Shown here: piece by piece, positions 25,987 through 38,979 of the stretch
Position numbering within the stretch: position 1 is the stretch's first letter
Layout of the letters: each line of letters begins with the position of its first letter
Origin: Botryllus schlosseri
Taxonomy: Eukaryota
Direction: 5' to 3'
Length of the DNA stretch: 64,000 nucleotides
Assembly: GCA_051294905.1 (NCBI GenBank)
Contig: CM119371.1
Coordinates: forward strand, 38,814,001 to 38,878,000
The notes under the pieces: model-generated
Databases searched by the model: none
What the model saw: only the letters and a program-made list of their open reading frames with translations
Told to the model about the DNA's origin: nothing
Translations under genes and position numbers: made by a program

Positions 25987-26650
25987 CAGGGGTTCCCGAA
26001 CTAGGGGTCTCAACCCCACTGTGGTCGTTTTCATTTTCTCTTGGGTCGCGAAGACGATAATTATAATCAAGAATGTCAATTAAGCAGATGCTATCGGCAG
26101 CTCATTTCTGAATATTTTAGCTCATTTTAAAAACAAAAGATAATACGACCTCAAGGAAATGCGAACCCGGCAAACAAAGTATCAGATCATTCGAAGCGTC
26201 ATTTTAAACCGTTTACTACTATATCGTAAGGTTGGTGTCTGGTCATTAGTATGAAGATTAAAGTATCGGGAGTATTGAAACCGATAAGATGGTAAATTTT
26301 TCTTTCGGGAAAATTACAAGTGACCGGTAGTGCTATGCATTAAACGTATATTACGCAGAAATTCACGTAGCAACACTTGACTACTTCGTCGGATATGGAT
26401 AGGAAATCATTCCAAAGGACCTAAATACGTTGCTCCACTTTTGATTGAGTTTCTTAATCCAAAGACGGAGGTTCTATAACTGTTATTACTGCGCACATAG
26501 TCACCAGCTTTCCAACATAGGCCGTGAGTAGGTTTGAGTGAAAATTTGACAAATTTTTAGTCATCAGCACGCCAAATTGAGAGGAGGGGTCGCGGAACAT
26601 TCTTGAATCGCAATTTGGGGTGGCGACCATTAAAAGTTTGACAACCCCTG
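25987..26650. mobile_element. Charlie/Buster-type hAT MITE
   Basis: CAGGGGTTCCCGAACT...AGTTTGACAACCCCTG; TSD GCCTACAG/GCCTACCG. Confidence 0.75.
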
Positions 26651-28021
26651 GCCTACCGCATTGCCTGAGCGCACCATTAATTTGTTATGGTTGAGAAAAT
26701 ATCAACTATATTTAATTTGGTTGGTGAGTGACATTACATTTTTGTGTACCATAAAAGATACATATTTAAACGTCAAAATTAGTGATACTCAGATATTCGA
26801 TTTTGCTCAACTCTCATAATTACGCTACAGAAAACCAACCACCAGTGATATGCATCGTATAAAGTATAACCACAATTTACATTTCTCCGTGCATTTCAGA
26901 AATAACATTCACACTTTTCAAATACAACTGTTGCACTCAGAAGAACAATACTTTCAACCCGAAAATGTTAATCATTGGCGCATCTAAACATGTACAACGC
27001 GACTCATTCATTACAAATTACAGGAACACTGTCGGCGGCTTATAATCGAGAGCCGTCACCTTGTGCGAGTCAAAGCCGATTACCGCATATGTTCAAATGC
27101 AATTAACATGGCCTGAAGTGTCACATAGTTTATAAAGGCGGTGTCGGAATTTCAGCGGACTTCTATAAATCCAAGACATTTCCAACGACCATCACGTATA
27201 GCGTTAATATTCTGATGGCCGTCCGCATTATGAAGTCCTATCAAACTGATCTGATCATTAGCGGTAGATTGTTATCTTTAAATTATAAGCGTTAAAATCG
27301 AAATGAGATATTGATATCCATGAACCGTACTCGATAATCTGAGAGCATATTCTACGAAATACGTTCTGCGTCTCACGCGCAATGATACCGACTGATAACA
27401 GAATTATTGGCATATTTTCACTGTCAGCATGTCCGTACATGTTATGATGCTGATCACAAACTGACTGACTATCAATCCAGACTTGGACAACCACAAAATT
27501 TTCAGTTTTTTGAAATTAGATTAGAATAATTAGAATTACAGCTAAGCAATCTTGCTAACAGCCTAATATACTGTCTTTAATGAAGGCACTAAGGATGGTA
27601 TAACCGTCAGCAACACGCTTCTTTCTTCTGTGCCATTAATTCTTTATTAATTCCGACAAATTATGACTAACCTTCCCGTCATTGTTACATTGCTCGCCTC
27701 AAGGCGCCTGAAATCTAGATACAGCAAGCGTAAGTGCTTTCGAAGATAAACCGTTATTATACAGAGCGAATGAAACATATTTGCCACAGGCCTAATCCGA
27801 AAATCTGGCTGTATTTGTATATACGTCACGACCTTGCCTATTTGTCAAAAATAAATCGTAACAAGAGGATGAAGGAGATACGTCTTCAATTACGTTGAAA
27901 TTGTTGAACCAATCAACTTCGCATCTGTATTTGTAACAATATATATACGAATCTTGCCAGGGTTATACCTACATACATTTGAGCATAAATCTACATAAAT
28001 CGTATCAACTGTATTCATTCT

Positions 28022-28173
28022 GAAGAGATGCTTGGAGGTACAGAACTTCAATATACTATTGAATAGTATATTTATACATCCATTCCCTCTCTACTAGATG
28101 CTGACGATTAGCCTTGACGAATGTCAGTCCGAAATGCTCAAGTTTACTACAATATAAATATTCTATTGGCTAT
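28022..28173 (+). mobile_element. Hammerhead-containing repeat, degenerate copy C
   Basis: GAAGAGATGCTTGGAGGTACAGAACTTCAATATAC...CTACTAGATGCTGACGATTAGCCTTGACGAATGTCAGTCCGAAATGCTC. Imperfect 17-bp flanking repeat TCAA(C/T)TGTATTCA(T/C)TCT. Confidence 0.65.
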
Positions 28174-30293
28174 TCAATTGTATTCACTCTATTCACACAT
28201 TTGCGACAAAAATTACGTTTTCGATGCATTGCAAGTTTCCAGACTACTGTGTCGAGATTTGAACTCATTATTTCGATATCGTACGCAAAGCTTTGTCGCC
28301 GCTAATCCCTGGAAACTCCGAATTTGGTATTTTTTACCAAGGTGAATTTTAGATCAGATAACAGATGTTTCGAATGCGCTGTTATGTCCCGCATTATTTG
28401 GTCTTCAGTTTAAGCTAGCCAAATATCGCTGATGAATGTATATCTACAATATATAAATATATATAGGACTGCTGAAAAGTATCGGGACCGTTTTGCAGAT
28501 TTCAAGGCTGTGCGTCTAATGGGAAGTAAAATATGCTAAGTCAGGATACTAGGTTCACCGCACGTGATATATTCGAAACTAATTTAGTAGGCTAAGTCGA
28601 TATATGATATTCAGTCATGAATCGTATCGAGAAATTATTATTTTCCTATAGCTGCCGCTTCATAGAATCTCTAGGTTTCATGTAAAGCTCGACAGCTGTG
28701 AACATCACTGTGCCCATTCACAGTTTACACCAAATACACACTAGACCTCGAATACCGACTTGACCTGTACCTCAAACAACTTCCTGAATGTTGAATGATG
28801 AAGCATGCTGTTATAGAAGCCTGTCTGTTCCTTGTCCTCCAATATAGCGAGATAGTAACTGCGAATTCTAGTAAGGCCTCCGCATAAGTATGGTTCATTC
28901 AAGTTTAATGAGATTCCTAGTTGTTTATATCAACGTAGCCTGCGTCGTTAGATGATTTAAATTATGCCTTTAGAATGACGTACGTCAACGTGATGTGAAG
29001 GTCCTATCGTTATGATACGTTAAGGGTAACAGTAAATGCCTTAGCATTGGAATCATTATGAAGATATTGCTGCCTGTGTGAAAATTAGGGGTATTAATAG
29101 ACCCACGCAATAGAACGAACGCGTTCGAAATATCGAGTGTCTAGGCAAACAGTGTCGTAGCATCGCGACATTCAAGATATCCGTGTAATTTTGAAGGCAC
29201 AACGGTTGTGACCAATGCTGTTTGGACCGGATACAGACTAAGAAATGCGCACAATTGCTACAAAAATAAAAAGGTGAGATTATTCGAATTAGGACTATAA
29301 TAAATTTTACATCGTAATACTCGATCACAACGGCATAGATATATATAACTAAAGAGGTATTTTTAATACTTGGTAGATATGTCAAACCCCTTGCCTATCC
29401 AGAATAAAAACTCTGGTACAATACGATCAAAATTTCAACCTCCAATGCACATCCTGAGTAAGTCGCAGACATTCATATTCGACTCCGATAGTCATCACTG
29501 TCTACCGAAGCTACGACAATTGTATTTTTAAACGATTGATACCTCAATATGTTCAAATCTTTCGATTTCTATATTCGGTCAAACGCGATATAGTTTTTAG
29601 GACACTGCCTTTGGTGGCGCTGCACTACACTGAATTCAGAAACGATAACGAACATCTAGACTACCTCAACCAAAGGTAGTTGGAATCGCTACACACGTTA
29701 CAAAACCCAGGAGGTTGAGCTCACTGATATACCATGCAAAATCCCTATTAAGCATGAAAAGATATAGCCATCTGAAATTGACCTTGATTCTGGTGCTTTA
29801 CAAAGATACATCGACTGTTATAATCTCCCTTCCTCTTAACCTGGCGCGGCACTAACTTCAGTACTTCGTAAATTTCGGATCATCCGTCGCCGTCATTACA
29901 GTAAAAATACCACGATGTGAAATTTGATGAAACGTCGATTTAAAAGAGAAACACGTTTCCCGTCAATTAAGACATAAATTCGCATCTTCGAAAACACGAC
30001 TTTCGGTATCTCGGCAGATCGCCTACGGGTAAATTCAAATCAAGAATAAAGACTATTACTCTCAACTTTTGAATGGCATATTCAAAATGCCGTGTCAGTT
30101 CGATGAGAAGATCTTTGATGCGTATCTTACAATTTGTAACGCACTGCTCACAATATTTATGTCGTCATATGGAGTATGTAACTGATCACTTATCAAAATA
30201 AACTTTGTTTTAGCCACGGTCAAGCGACGGCAGTATAACTTTCTTTGAACTTCGCGTTCCAGTATATGGTAGGCTGCAATCGAGTACCTGGGT

Positions 30294-30601
30294 TTGTTTG
30301 TTTGTTTTATTCACAACATTGGCGCTTATCGCCTATTTGGTTATTTGCGCCCAGCACATTAATTGCATTAATACAAGGTCTTTTGCGTCCTTGCTTCGTT
30401 TTCTGGTCTTTAGCTGCCATCTTTCCAGAGCTCGGCTCTCTCTTCTTCTGGGCTTTTCAAGGCACTGTATTCACAGTGGGATCGGCGATGAGAAGCCCAG
30501 ATAAACCTCCGACACATAGAAACATGGCAGAGCCGAGAATCGAATCAGCAACCATTGGTGTCGTGACTGCAGTGTTTAACGAACTGCGCGAATCGCTTCC
30601 C
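30294..30601 (-). mobile_element. tRNA-derived SINE (diverged subfamily)
   Basis: 13-bp TSD CGAGTACCTGGGT; (CAAA)n tail; tRNA-like head; body shares GGAGGTTTATCTGGGCT, AAAAGCCCAGAAG and GGCAGCTA with the other SINEs. Confidence 0.7.
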
Positions 30602-31479
30602 CGAGTACCTGGGTGATTCGATTCTGAATCAATTATTCGGCTTCGAGTTTAGTCTAATATGCTATTTTCAGCCATCTACTGCAATCAGTAGAATTAGCAC
30701 TCTATTCTTGTGCTCGAAATAATTCGCCCACCAGGGTTGAAACCAAGTAACAAGGTTCCGAGTCACAAGTCAATCTCACTTTTATATAGCTTTGACTCGA
30801 GTCACGTCGAGTCATTTTCAATTCACCACCGAGTCAAGTCCGATTCCAAGCCATTGAGCTGAGCAGTAGTTCCCAAACTTTTCCCAACCATGTACCATTT
30901 CAAGGTTTTATGCAGTGCTCGCGTACCACGTACAAATTACGTGCTGCGAAGGCGGTCAACAAATATTTTCACCGTGTTGAGCTACCGAAGGCAGCAAAAC
31001 AGAAACTAAACTGTCCATTTTACGGCGCAGAATAGGATTTCTGCAAGAGATCCATTTAGAATTCTTGTGGTTGAATATATTTAAACGGAATTCGGTAAGT
31101 TAAGAACCACAGTGCTTTACGACTACATCTCTTCCCCGTTGGTCGTCATTGGTGGGATTGTCCCTACCCACACGAGTCGTAGTGTTGTGACTCAATTCCG
31201 AGTCTGAGTCAATGTGTTCACTGTTCGGTTTCGAGTTTAATCCGGTTCAGCCCACTTTTCAACTCTGCTTGAGAATGGCTTGCATTCATGCTATCGTCAT
31301 TTCCTCAGTCCTAGCAGTTTCTAGCCCTATTTTGCGAGTATCATGACTGATAGACGAAATACCAATAATGTGGTAACGTTACAAGTTCTTCGAAATTACA
31401 AGGAAATGCCTACCTTGGCCGTCCTATTCTTGAGTCATATGACTCGGTTCTAGTCATGCACAATGACTCGGGTACAATC

Positions 31480-32178
31480 CACAATTCCTACAGAAGTATT
31501 GGAGGTTTATCCAGGCTCCTCCTCGGCATCTTATTCTTGTAAGCGGTGTCTTATAGAAACCTAGAAGTGATCGGTGCTAAAGTCGGCAGCTAGGGAATAA
31601 AAACGTCGAAAATTGGTATGGTGTAAATAACTAGGGCTGGGCAAAATCGAGTACCTGAGTGATTCGATTCTGAATCACGTATTATGCTTCGAGTCGAGTC
31701 GAGTATTCGAGTATCACACATTATGACGTCATAACAGAATGTAATATGTCAAAGCTCAAATATGTAATTTTTATGCCACAGCAAAGAATATAATGCCTGT
31801 TATCCATCACATTGAAGATGCTTTCATATTTTTTCGACCATACCGATTTCATTGCACTTCGTGAAAAGGTTATGGGATGATTATGACTTCGAAAATGTGT
31901 TATTTCACGTAAGCTCTGTAGCTTTGTACTGTGCTTCGTATGCTTCAATGCAGCCAATCAGCGTTTTAAGCCTTCCACATTGGAAACTAGCATCAAAACT
32001 ATAATTCTCGTTGATAAATTAACTTTCAGTAGCGAGGAGCTTGTAATTTCAGTACTCGACTCGAATCATTAAAATTAATACTCGATTCAGATTCGAGTAC
32101 TCGAATCATTGTGCCCAGCCCTATAAATAACCTTAGTAGTCGAAAGACACCATGAATACCTCAAAACAACCAATCAAC
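31480..32178 (+). mobile_element. 5'-truncated SINE interrupted by a MITE
   Basis: GGAGGTTTATCCAGGCTCCTCC...CCTAGAAGTG...AGTCGGCAGCTA...GGTGTAAATAAC[MITE]CTTAGTAGTCGAAAGACACCATGAATACC matches the SINE body at 33043-33312. Confidence 0.65.
31632..32123 (+). mobile_element. hAT MITE, TAGGGCTGGGCA family
   Basis: TIR TAGGGCTGGGCA; perfect TSD TAAATAAC; copies at 48939-49465 and 58554-59065, and a decayed one at ~34670-35047. Confidence 0.9.
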
Positions 32179-32245
32179 TCGAGTACAAGTCAAGTCAATA
32201 AAAAATTGACTCGAGTGGAGTCATTTAACACATATGGAAAAACTC

Positions 32246-34411
32246 GGGTGCCTTTATTTTGTACATGCAAGCTAATGAAAAGCTAATGCAGCTAATTAAG
32301 CTAATGAAAAGCTAATTAAGCTAATGAAAAGCTAATTGAGCTAATGAAAAGCTAATGAAAAGCTAATTAAGCTAATGAAAAGCTAATTAAGCTAATGAAA
32401 AAGTAAGCTTATGAAAAGTAAGCTAATGAAAAGCTAATGAAGCTAATGAAAAGCTAATTTAGCTAATGAAAAAGTAATCTAATGGAAAGTAAGCTAATGA
32501 AAAGCTAATGAAGCTAAAAGCTAATGACGCTAATAACTATGCTGTAGCACGGGGGCCTTTCGACCCGCCTGGCGGGAGCAGACCTTTTAACGTGGCTCAT
32601 GCATTTCAAAGGGGAGTTTGGACTTTGAAAATTTTCGAGCTCGCCTATACTTTAACGTGGGCGACATAACTGCCGCAACTTTGCCGCGCGTCGCCTACCT
32701 GAAAACACGCGGCCCTATGGCAAACCGGCTATACTTGCTCGGATCGACTAGTCGCTTAGCTTTACGACGCACCGGAGCCGAAATACGACGTTTCGTGTTA
32801 TAGCTCGGCTCCTGTGATGCCCAGCCCCAAGCTCGACCCCTCGTTGGAAGCGCCGCAAAGAGACGAAGCCGAAAGTTTCGGAAAATTAAAAAAAAATTCT
32901 TGGCCGATGCAGACTGAAAATGATGACACCGACGACGAGGCTAGCGTAAGCAACGATTCTGCACCTGTCAAAAACAGCATCGTTTTTCATGGCTTTGCAC
33001 AACTTCATAATAAAGTGTTTGAAGTTGAGGATCAGTTGTTGTTTGTTTTTGGGGCATTCATGGTGTTTGTCGACTACTATGGTCATTTACACCAGGCCGA
33101 TATTCTTCTTATTTTCCGTAACTGCCGACTCATAGCACGGCCCACCTCTAGGCTTTTGTAAGACACCGCTGACGCGGATGACGTGGCGGGGAGGAGCCTA
33201 TAGGTAAATCTCCAACACTTAGGTATCGGAATTCGGAAGTCGACCTCGGTCGGACTCGAACCCGCACCCATTGGTGTTGCAGCCGCGGATTATACCACTG
33301 CGCGATCTCGCCGATCAGTTGTTGTGTCCTGCCTTACAAGATCAAGCAGGAGGTGCTTATGACAACCTCAAAAGCACATTTAAATGCATTCAGCGAAAAC
33401 TGAGACAGGTGACATTGGAGGTCAAGCAACAAAGAATGCAAAATATGCATTAAATGACTTTGCACGATATGTTGAAGCAGTGTTTTCCTAACATTCAGTT
33501 ATGGTGCTTGCTGTTGAAATTGTTGAACCCAGAAATTGTGAAGAATTTTTGCGTACTTATCTGGGATGCGAACTTAAACGGGTGCGTACTTAAGCGGTAG
33601 ATTACTGTACTGCGTCCGCTGCGTCGAACGATACCAGAAAAGTGAGAATCGAGAGAAAAATTTAAAATCAACTCCAACTTCCCTATCCTTTAACATGGTA
33701 ACGAAATTGAAAAAAAATTGAAGTCCCAAAAAATTTTCGGAAACTTAAAAAAAAAATTCTCGGCCAAACACCCCCCACGACTTGGCTCACACGAAATCTG
33801 GGACCGACCCAAGCAAGAATAGCCGGTTTGCCATAGGGCCGCGTGTTTTGGGTTAGGCGACACGCGGCAAAGTTGGGACAGTTATGTCGCCCACGTTAAA
33901 GTATAGGCGAGCTCGAAAATTTTCAAAGTCCAAACTCCCCTTTGAAATGCATGCATGGGCCACGTTAAAAGGTCTGCTCCCGCCAGGCGGGTCGAAAGGC
34001 CCCCGTGCTACAGCATAGTTATTAGAGTCATTAGCTTTTAGCTGCATTAGCTTTTCATTAGCGTACTTTTCATTAGCTTACTTTTTCATTAGCTTTCCAT
34101 TAGCTTCATTAGCTTACTTTTCATTAGCTTACTTTTTCATTAGCTTAATTAGCTTTTCATTAGCTTAATCAGCTTTTCATTAGCTTTTCATTAGCTTAAT
34201 TAGCTTTTCATTAGCTTAGTTAGCTTTTCATTAGCTTACTTTTCAATAGCTTACTTTTTCATTAGCTTAATTAGCTTTTCATTAGCTTAATTAGCGTTTC
34301 ATTAGCTTTTCATTAGCTTAATTAGCTTTTCATTAGCTTAATTAGCTTTTCATTAGCTTAATTAGCTGCATTAGCTTTTCATTAGCTTGCATGTACAAAA
34401 TAAAGGCACCC
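32246..34411. mobile_element. Foldback / Mutator-like element with long minisatellite-containing TIRs
   Basis: Arms ~32246-32746 and ~33805-34411 are inverted copies (GGGTGCCTTTATTTTGTACATGC + AAGCTAAT arrays + ~210-bp unique inner part); perfect 9-bp TSD GAAAAACTC. Confidence 0.9.
33043..33312 (-). mobile_element. Full-length tRNA-derived SINE inside the foldback loop
   Basis: Head GGCGAGATCGCGCAGTGG (A box)...GGGTTCGAGTCC (B box); CAAA/CAA tail; 13-bp TSD GATCAGTTGTTGT (33030-33042, 33313-33325). Confidence 0.85.
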
Positions 34412-35082
34412 GAAAAACTCGAATTAAGTTGAGTCACAAAAAAAAAATCGTGGCTAGAATCGAGTCATTACTACAACCCGGCCTTATTGTGACCAGTTGA
34501 AGCACAGAACAGGAATTATTAATACAAGCATCAAAAGCCGGCTAGTAATAGGAAATGGCAAATGAGTTGTGTTCACAGCTTGACGAAATCGACATTCCAT
34601 CATCAGACTTCATGATAGCTTAGACCGCGTCGCTATCGAGTATACCTTGGTGATTAGATTCCGATGGAGCATAATATGATTCGGATCGATTCGAGTGTTC
34701 GAGTACTAGTCATTATGACGGCATAACAGCATGGATGTTTTGGAAGCTCAAATATGTACTTTATATAGGCCTATGCGATCACAGAAAAAACAATGGCAAT
34801 TACACTACATAAAAGATTTTTTTTCTAATCATACCTATTCATCATACTTTGTGACAACGCTCATTCATGATCACTGTTTCAAAGATGTGCGGTTTCTATG
34901 AAGATATGTAGTCTTATGCTTACTGTTTTGCAGGCTGTGATGGAACCATCGCTCAGTGTTTCAAGGATTTACATATAGGACGAAAACATCAAAACTATAA
35001 TTCTCGTTAACTATTCTTTAAAAGGGTGCATGATTTCAGTACTCGATAATGTGGTGTCTAAGGTAATAATTCTAATGGTTGT

Positions 35083-35350
35083 GACGGGATAGCGTTGTGG
35101 TATAATCCACAGTTACAACATCCATGGATTGCGGGTTCGAGTCCGATCGAGATCAACTCCAGTGATCCTGCCTAATTGTTTTAGTTTTATCTAGGCTTAT
35201 CTCCTCTTCGTCATATCATCCGTTGAAGTGGTGTCTTAAAAAGCCTAGAAGTGGGCCGTTCTAAAAGTCGGCAGCTACGGAATCGCAAATAGAGGATACC
35301 GGCTTGGTGTAAATGACCATTGTAGTCGACAAAAACCATTAATACCACAA
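35083..35350 (+). mobile_element. tRNA-derived SINE
   Basis: TAGCGTTGTGG A box and GGGTTCGAGTCC B box; body colinear with 33043-33312. A 3' fragment also lies at ~36505-36565. Confidence 0.75.
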
Positions 35351-37254
35351 TTCTGATAATTTGCGTCGGGTAGTTACATATGACTATTTCCGGTGCACTG
35401 AAAATATGCGCTTCTTACCGGTATCAGTTAATTTATCAGAATGAACTGTAGTTTCGAAGGTAGGGTTATTTACCACGACGAAATCCTTCAAATTTTGATT
35501 TTACTTTTCTCAGTATTCGCGACATGTAGTACAAATGTAAATGGCATATCTGTCAAGTCGCGACCAACCTACTACATTGCCACAATGCGCAATGAAATAG
35601 GTCTGGTCGTTAAAAATACCCAATTATGTTTAATGGGACGGAGAACTGGCATATTGATATTTGTGGTTGCATAAAAGTTAGATATTTCAACTTACAACAT
35701 CTTTCACGCTGTTGCGAAGCCATATTGAGTGATACACGAATATACGTGACTCGAAGGTACTCCGGCATTCGATTTTGCTCAGCCTTACTTACATCACAGA
35801 AGATCGTGATTAGAAGCACATATCGAGTCTAATAGTCATTTGCTACGTGATCATGCAACATCCAATTGCCACGCTCCCTTGTAACAACTCGGTGTCTGCC
35901 GCTAATAGCAGCACTCGAGATCAAAAGGTGGCCGCGTAATGTTGCTTACGTCACCACAATAACAAAGTCAGCTCAACATCCTGCATTCTGTAAATAATCC
36001 TGCCTATCACAGTGACTGTTTCATTTTTGCTGGATACAGCTTCCGAGAAAATTCATCCAGAGTCGGTGTTACCGGTGCCAGACGAAGTTCGCTTAATTAC
36101 CGACTTGCCTTTGTGACGTGAAGTTTTAATTGCCGCCCTCTGTCGATCGACTCTGTCGCCACCGTTCTCCCGCCAATACAACAAAAGATCATTGTATTCA
36201 CTGTGCGTCCGATGGATTGATGCTTGGTTGGCAGATGGCATCGCTTCAGTATTGTAAAAATTACTGGATTGTCAAAAACTCAAATCCATAATTAGAACTA
36301 CAACCGTTATCACGACACAGTTGTCATGGCAATTCACTGCGGCAACAGTAACACAGGCATATCCTCAAAATACTTTCACTGTACAAATTCCTAAGATTTT
36401 CTATAACGCCTCCTCGTCCTGTCAGCCGCGTGAATGATGTATTAAAAAAGCCGTGTAGTGAACCGTGCTACAAGTGGTTTAAATGCGTAATCGTAATGAA
36501 GAACGGCGGTCTGGTTTAAATGACCATTGTGGTCGGAAAACACCATAAATACAACAAAAAAAGCAATCCATAGAGAAAATAATCAAGTACTTTTCCTTAA
36601 CAACCTGTTGAGTAGTAATGCAAATAGTTTAAAAACAATAGCGACTTGGTATCATTAGCCAGATACTACTTGAGTACTCGGAAACAATACAAGTACGTTG
36701 TTACTGACCAATGACCATCCGAAGGAAATCACATATATATCAGGGGTGGCCATCCAAAATTTAGTTAGCCTGACCGCGAAAATTGAGATGTTCGTGACTG
36801 AATTATCATCTCCGACGCGTGGCGTTGCCAGGGTCAGTCTGATTTTTCTAGATCTTCGTATGTTACCATAAAGTAGAATTCTTCGCGCCTCGCGTGATGC
36901 AATGACGCTGGATTTTTCGCTTTTAACAGCGGTATCACCTCCAGAAAATCAAAAATTAAAACTACGGTCAATTTATATAATGGAGTGTAAATGTATTCGC
37001 ATTTCGTAATTAAGGGAGTAGGCCTACATATCGTCTAACGCCCGACTACGCTGGTGCGCTCACAGAAAGGTCGTGAGCGATGAAATCTTAGGGCACGAAA
37101 CTATGGACGCATGTTGGCCGAAACCTTTTACATTGATGCGACCAGGCGACTACTAGTTTTATCCGTGCAAAGTGAGCCCAGCAGTATACAGAGGCGACCT
37201 GAAAGATATGCAAGTACCAATGACATCGACCGAATTCATTTATTAACCTTAAAC

Positions 37255-38411
37255 CAGTGGTTCCCAACCTTTTTCGACTCATCGCCCCCTTTTGAAGATC
37301 CACACCGATCATCGCCCCCCAAATATTGGAAACCGAAAAACAGCACTTCGTCAGCCCCTTCCCCCCAAAAAACGTTGGTCTTTGGCCCCATGGGGTGATA
37401 AACCAAACCCTAGACCCCCCTCAGCCCGTGGGCTTTTTGTCGCTACATATCAGCTATACCCTATTCCCTGTACTGTTTGGTGAGTCACCGTATTTCGTCT
37501 AAACGCGCGAAGCGCGACAAATTTATATAATTCATGTTTGAATCGGTAAATATATGGTCGATGTGGTATGTTGGAAAAGGTAGGACCCCTAAATAATAAT
37601 TAAACATCTTCGGGCAGAATCGTTGTTATATTGACTTCTGTACATGATGCTATTTCGTGACCTCCTATATCTGCTATGTCAGAAGATATGGAAATCGTCA
37701 AAACGTACCAAACTAAAAGACGCACATGATTTCATATTCGTATTTCTTTACTGGCAAATAATTTTTTCCTTGCGGGATGGCATTTGTCCTGTAGGGTTAA
37801 GGTCGCCAGGACAGGAACATTCGACACCAGCCATTGAGGCGCCTATGGACAAATAAACATATATGTATATATATCGAAGTTTTCGGTCAGCACAAGGGCA
37901 TTCCTTTTCGGCCAAGGTCTTCTCGCTGCTGATCGTTCTGGCACACTTCTCGGAGTCGCATTTTACATGGTATCTAACTTCATATGTCTTGGTGCGTCGT
38001 GGCGCAGTAATGGCCGACGCCGAAGTGTCCTATTTCCATAAATCATGCGTATTTTTGTTGGGTGACGGGGACCCCATGGAAATATTAAATCGCGCACAAC
38101 GCGAAAATTGTTTAAAAAAGTCGCATTAATTTCTAAAAAATTACGCTATAATTCATGTCAATTCACGAATTAATTTTGGGCTTCCTTCGATTTCGGGTCC
38201 CCACCCCCAATTGGGGGGTTTGGGGTGCGGTAGTTGCGGTCCCGACTCCAATATAGCCGTTTTAACATACCATCGCCCCCTTCGTTGTTTTCGCCCCCTA
38301 TCGCCCCCTTCGTCCGTTTTCGCCCCCCTATCGCCCCCTTCGTTATTTTCGCCCCCCTAGACCGCCAAATCGCCCCCTGGGGGGCGATATCGCCCACGTT
38401 GGGAACCACTG
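37255..38411. mobile_element. Charlie/Buster-type hAT MITE with TCGCCCCC repeats
   Basis: TIR CAGTGGTTCCCAAC; perfect TSD CCTTAAAC. Confidence 0.9.
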
Positions 38412-38979
38412 CCTTAAACGATGTTAGCGCGGCTAGAACATAAATAGTCAACAACATTCCAGCGCAATTATTCCAGAATTTCGTGTGGCCCTTTCGCAAA
38501 AATGTTGGTCACACCTGAGGTATACGCAGGGCGATTATATAGCTCACTCTAGGGATGTAATTTCACACAAGTATATTAAACTGTGTACACTGAATGACGA
38601 GACTATTTTCCCAAGGTCCACCCCGAATCCGAACTGCAACTCAAAATGTGGACGTGGACTTTCAAAGGTTCAATTCAATGAATGTATGTTGCGCTGAGCT
38701 GTCAATTAATTACAAGGCGGCGGCCCGCTCGCTTCCGGATCGGTCACGTCACAAAGAGAACAAATTGCGACACAATGGGCTCTCGAATGAGGCGTTTCTA
38801 ACCGCCAAATAGCACAGACGTTACAATGACGCCGAAGTGTATGCTTTGAAATTACGGCTGTGTTGTTTAATAACGTAGCCTACGATAAAATGTAAGGAAC
38901 CCGTAATCAAGGACAAGAAATGCATAGATTTGAGAAAGGCGCTAAGAATGTATACAACTGTACTGTACATCCTATTCAC

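Larger units (their letters stand above)
30732..34481. mobile_element. Degenerate GACTCGAGTC-family hAT element hosting several nested insertions
   Basis: The left end CAGGGTTGAAACCAAGTAACAAGGTTCCGAGTCACAAGTCAATC matches 15914; the right end ...GAGTCATTACTACAACCCGG matches 17603. No clear TSD. Confidence 0.6.

Noticed and set aside
33235..33312. tRNA-like sequences at 33235-33312 and 35083-35155 as tRNA genes
   Set aside because: A/B boxes are present but there is no proper cloverleaf; they continue into SINE bodies with tails.
32268..34390. AAGCTAAT arrays as a CRISPR array or telomere
   Set aside because: No unique spacers; they are inverted arms of a TSD-flanked foldback element.
36053..36241. 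ORF MPSANQASIH... as an upstream exon of the ZP gene
   Set aside because: The gene already has a signal-peptide exon at 17890; this ORF has no recognisable motif or clear splice phase.
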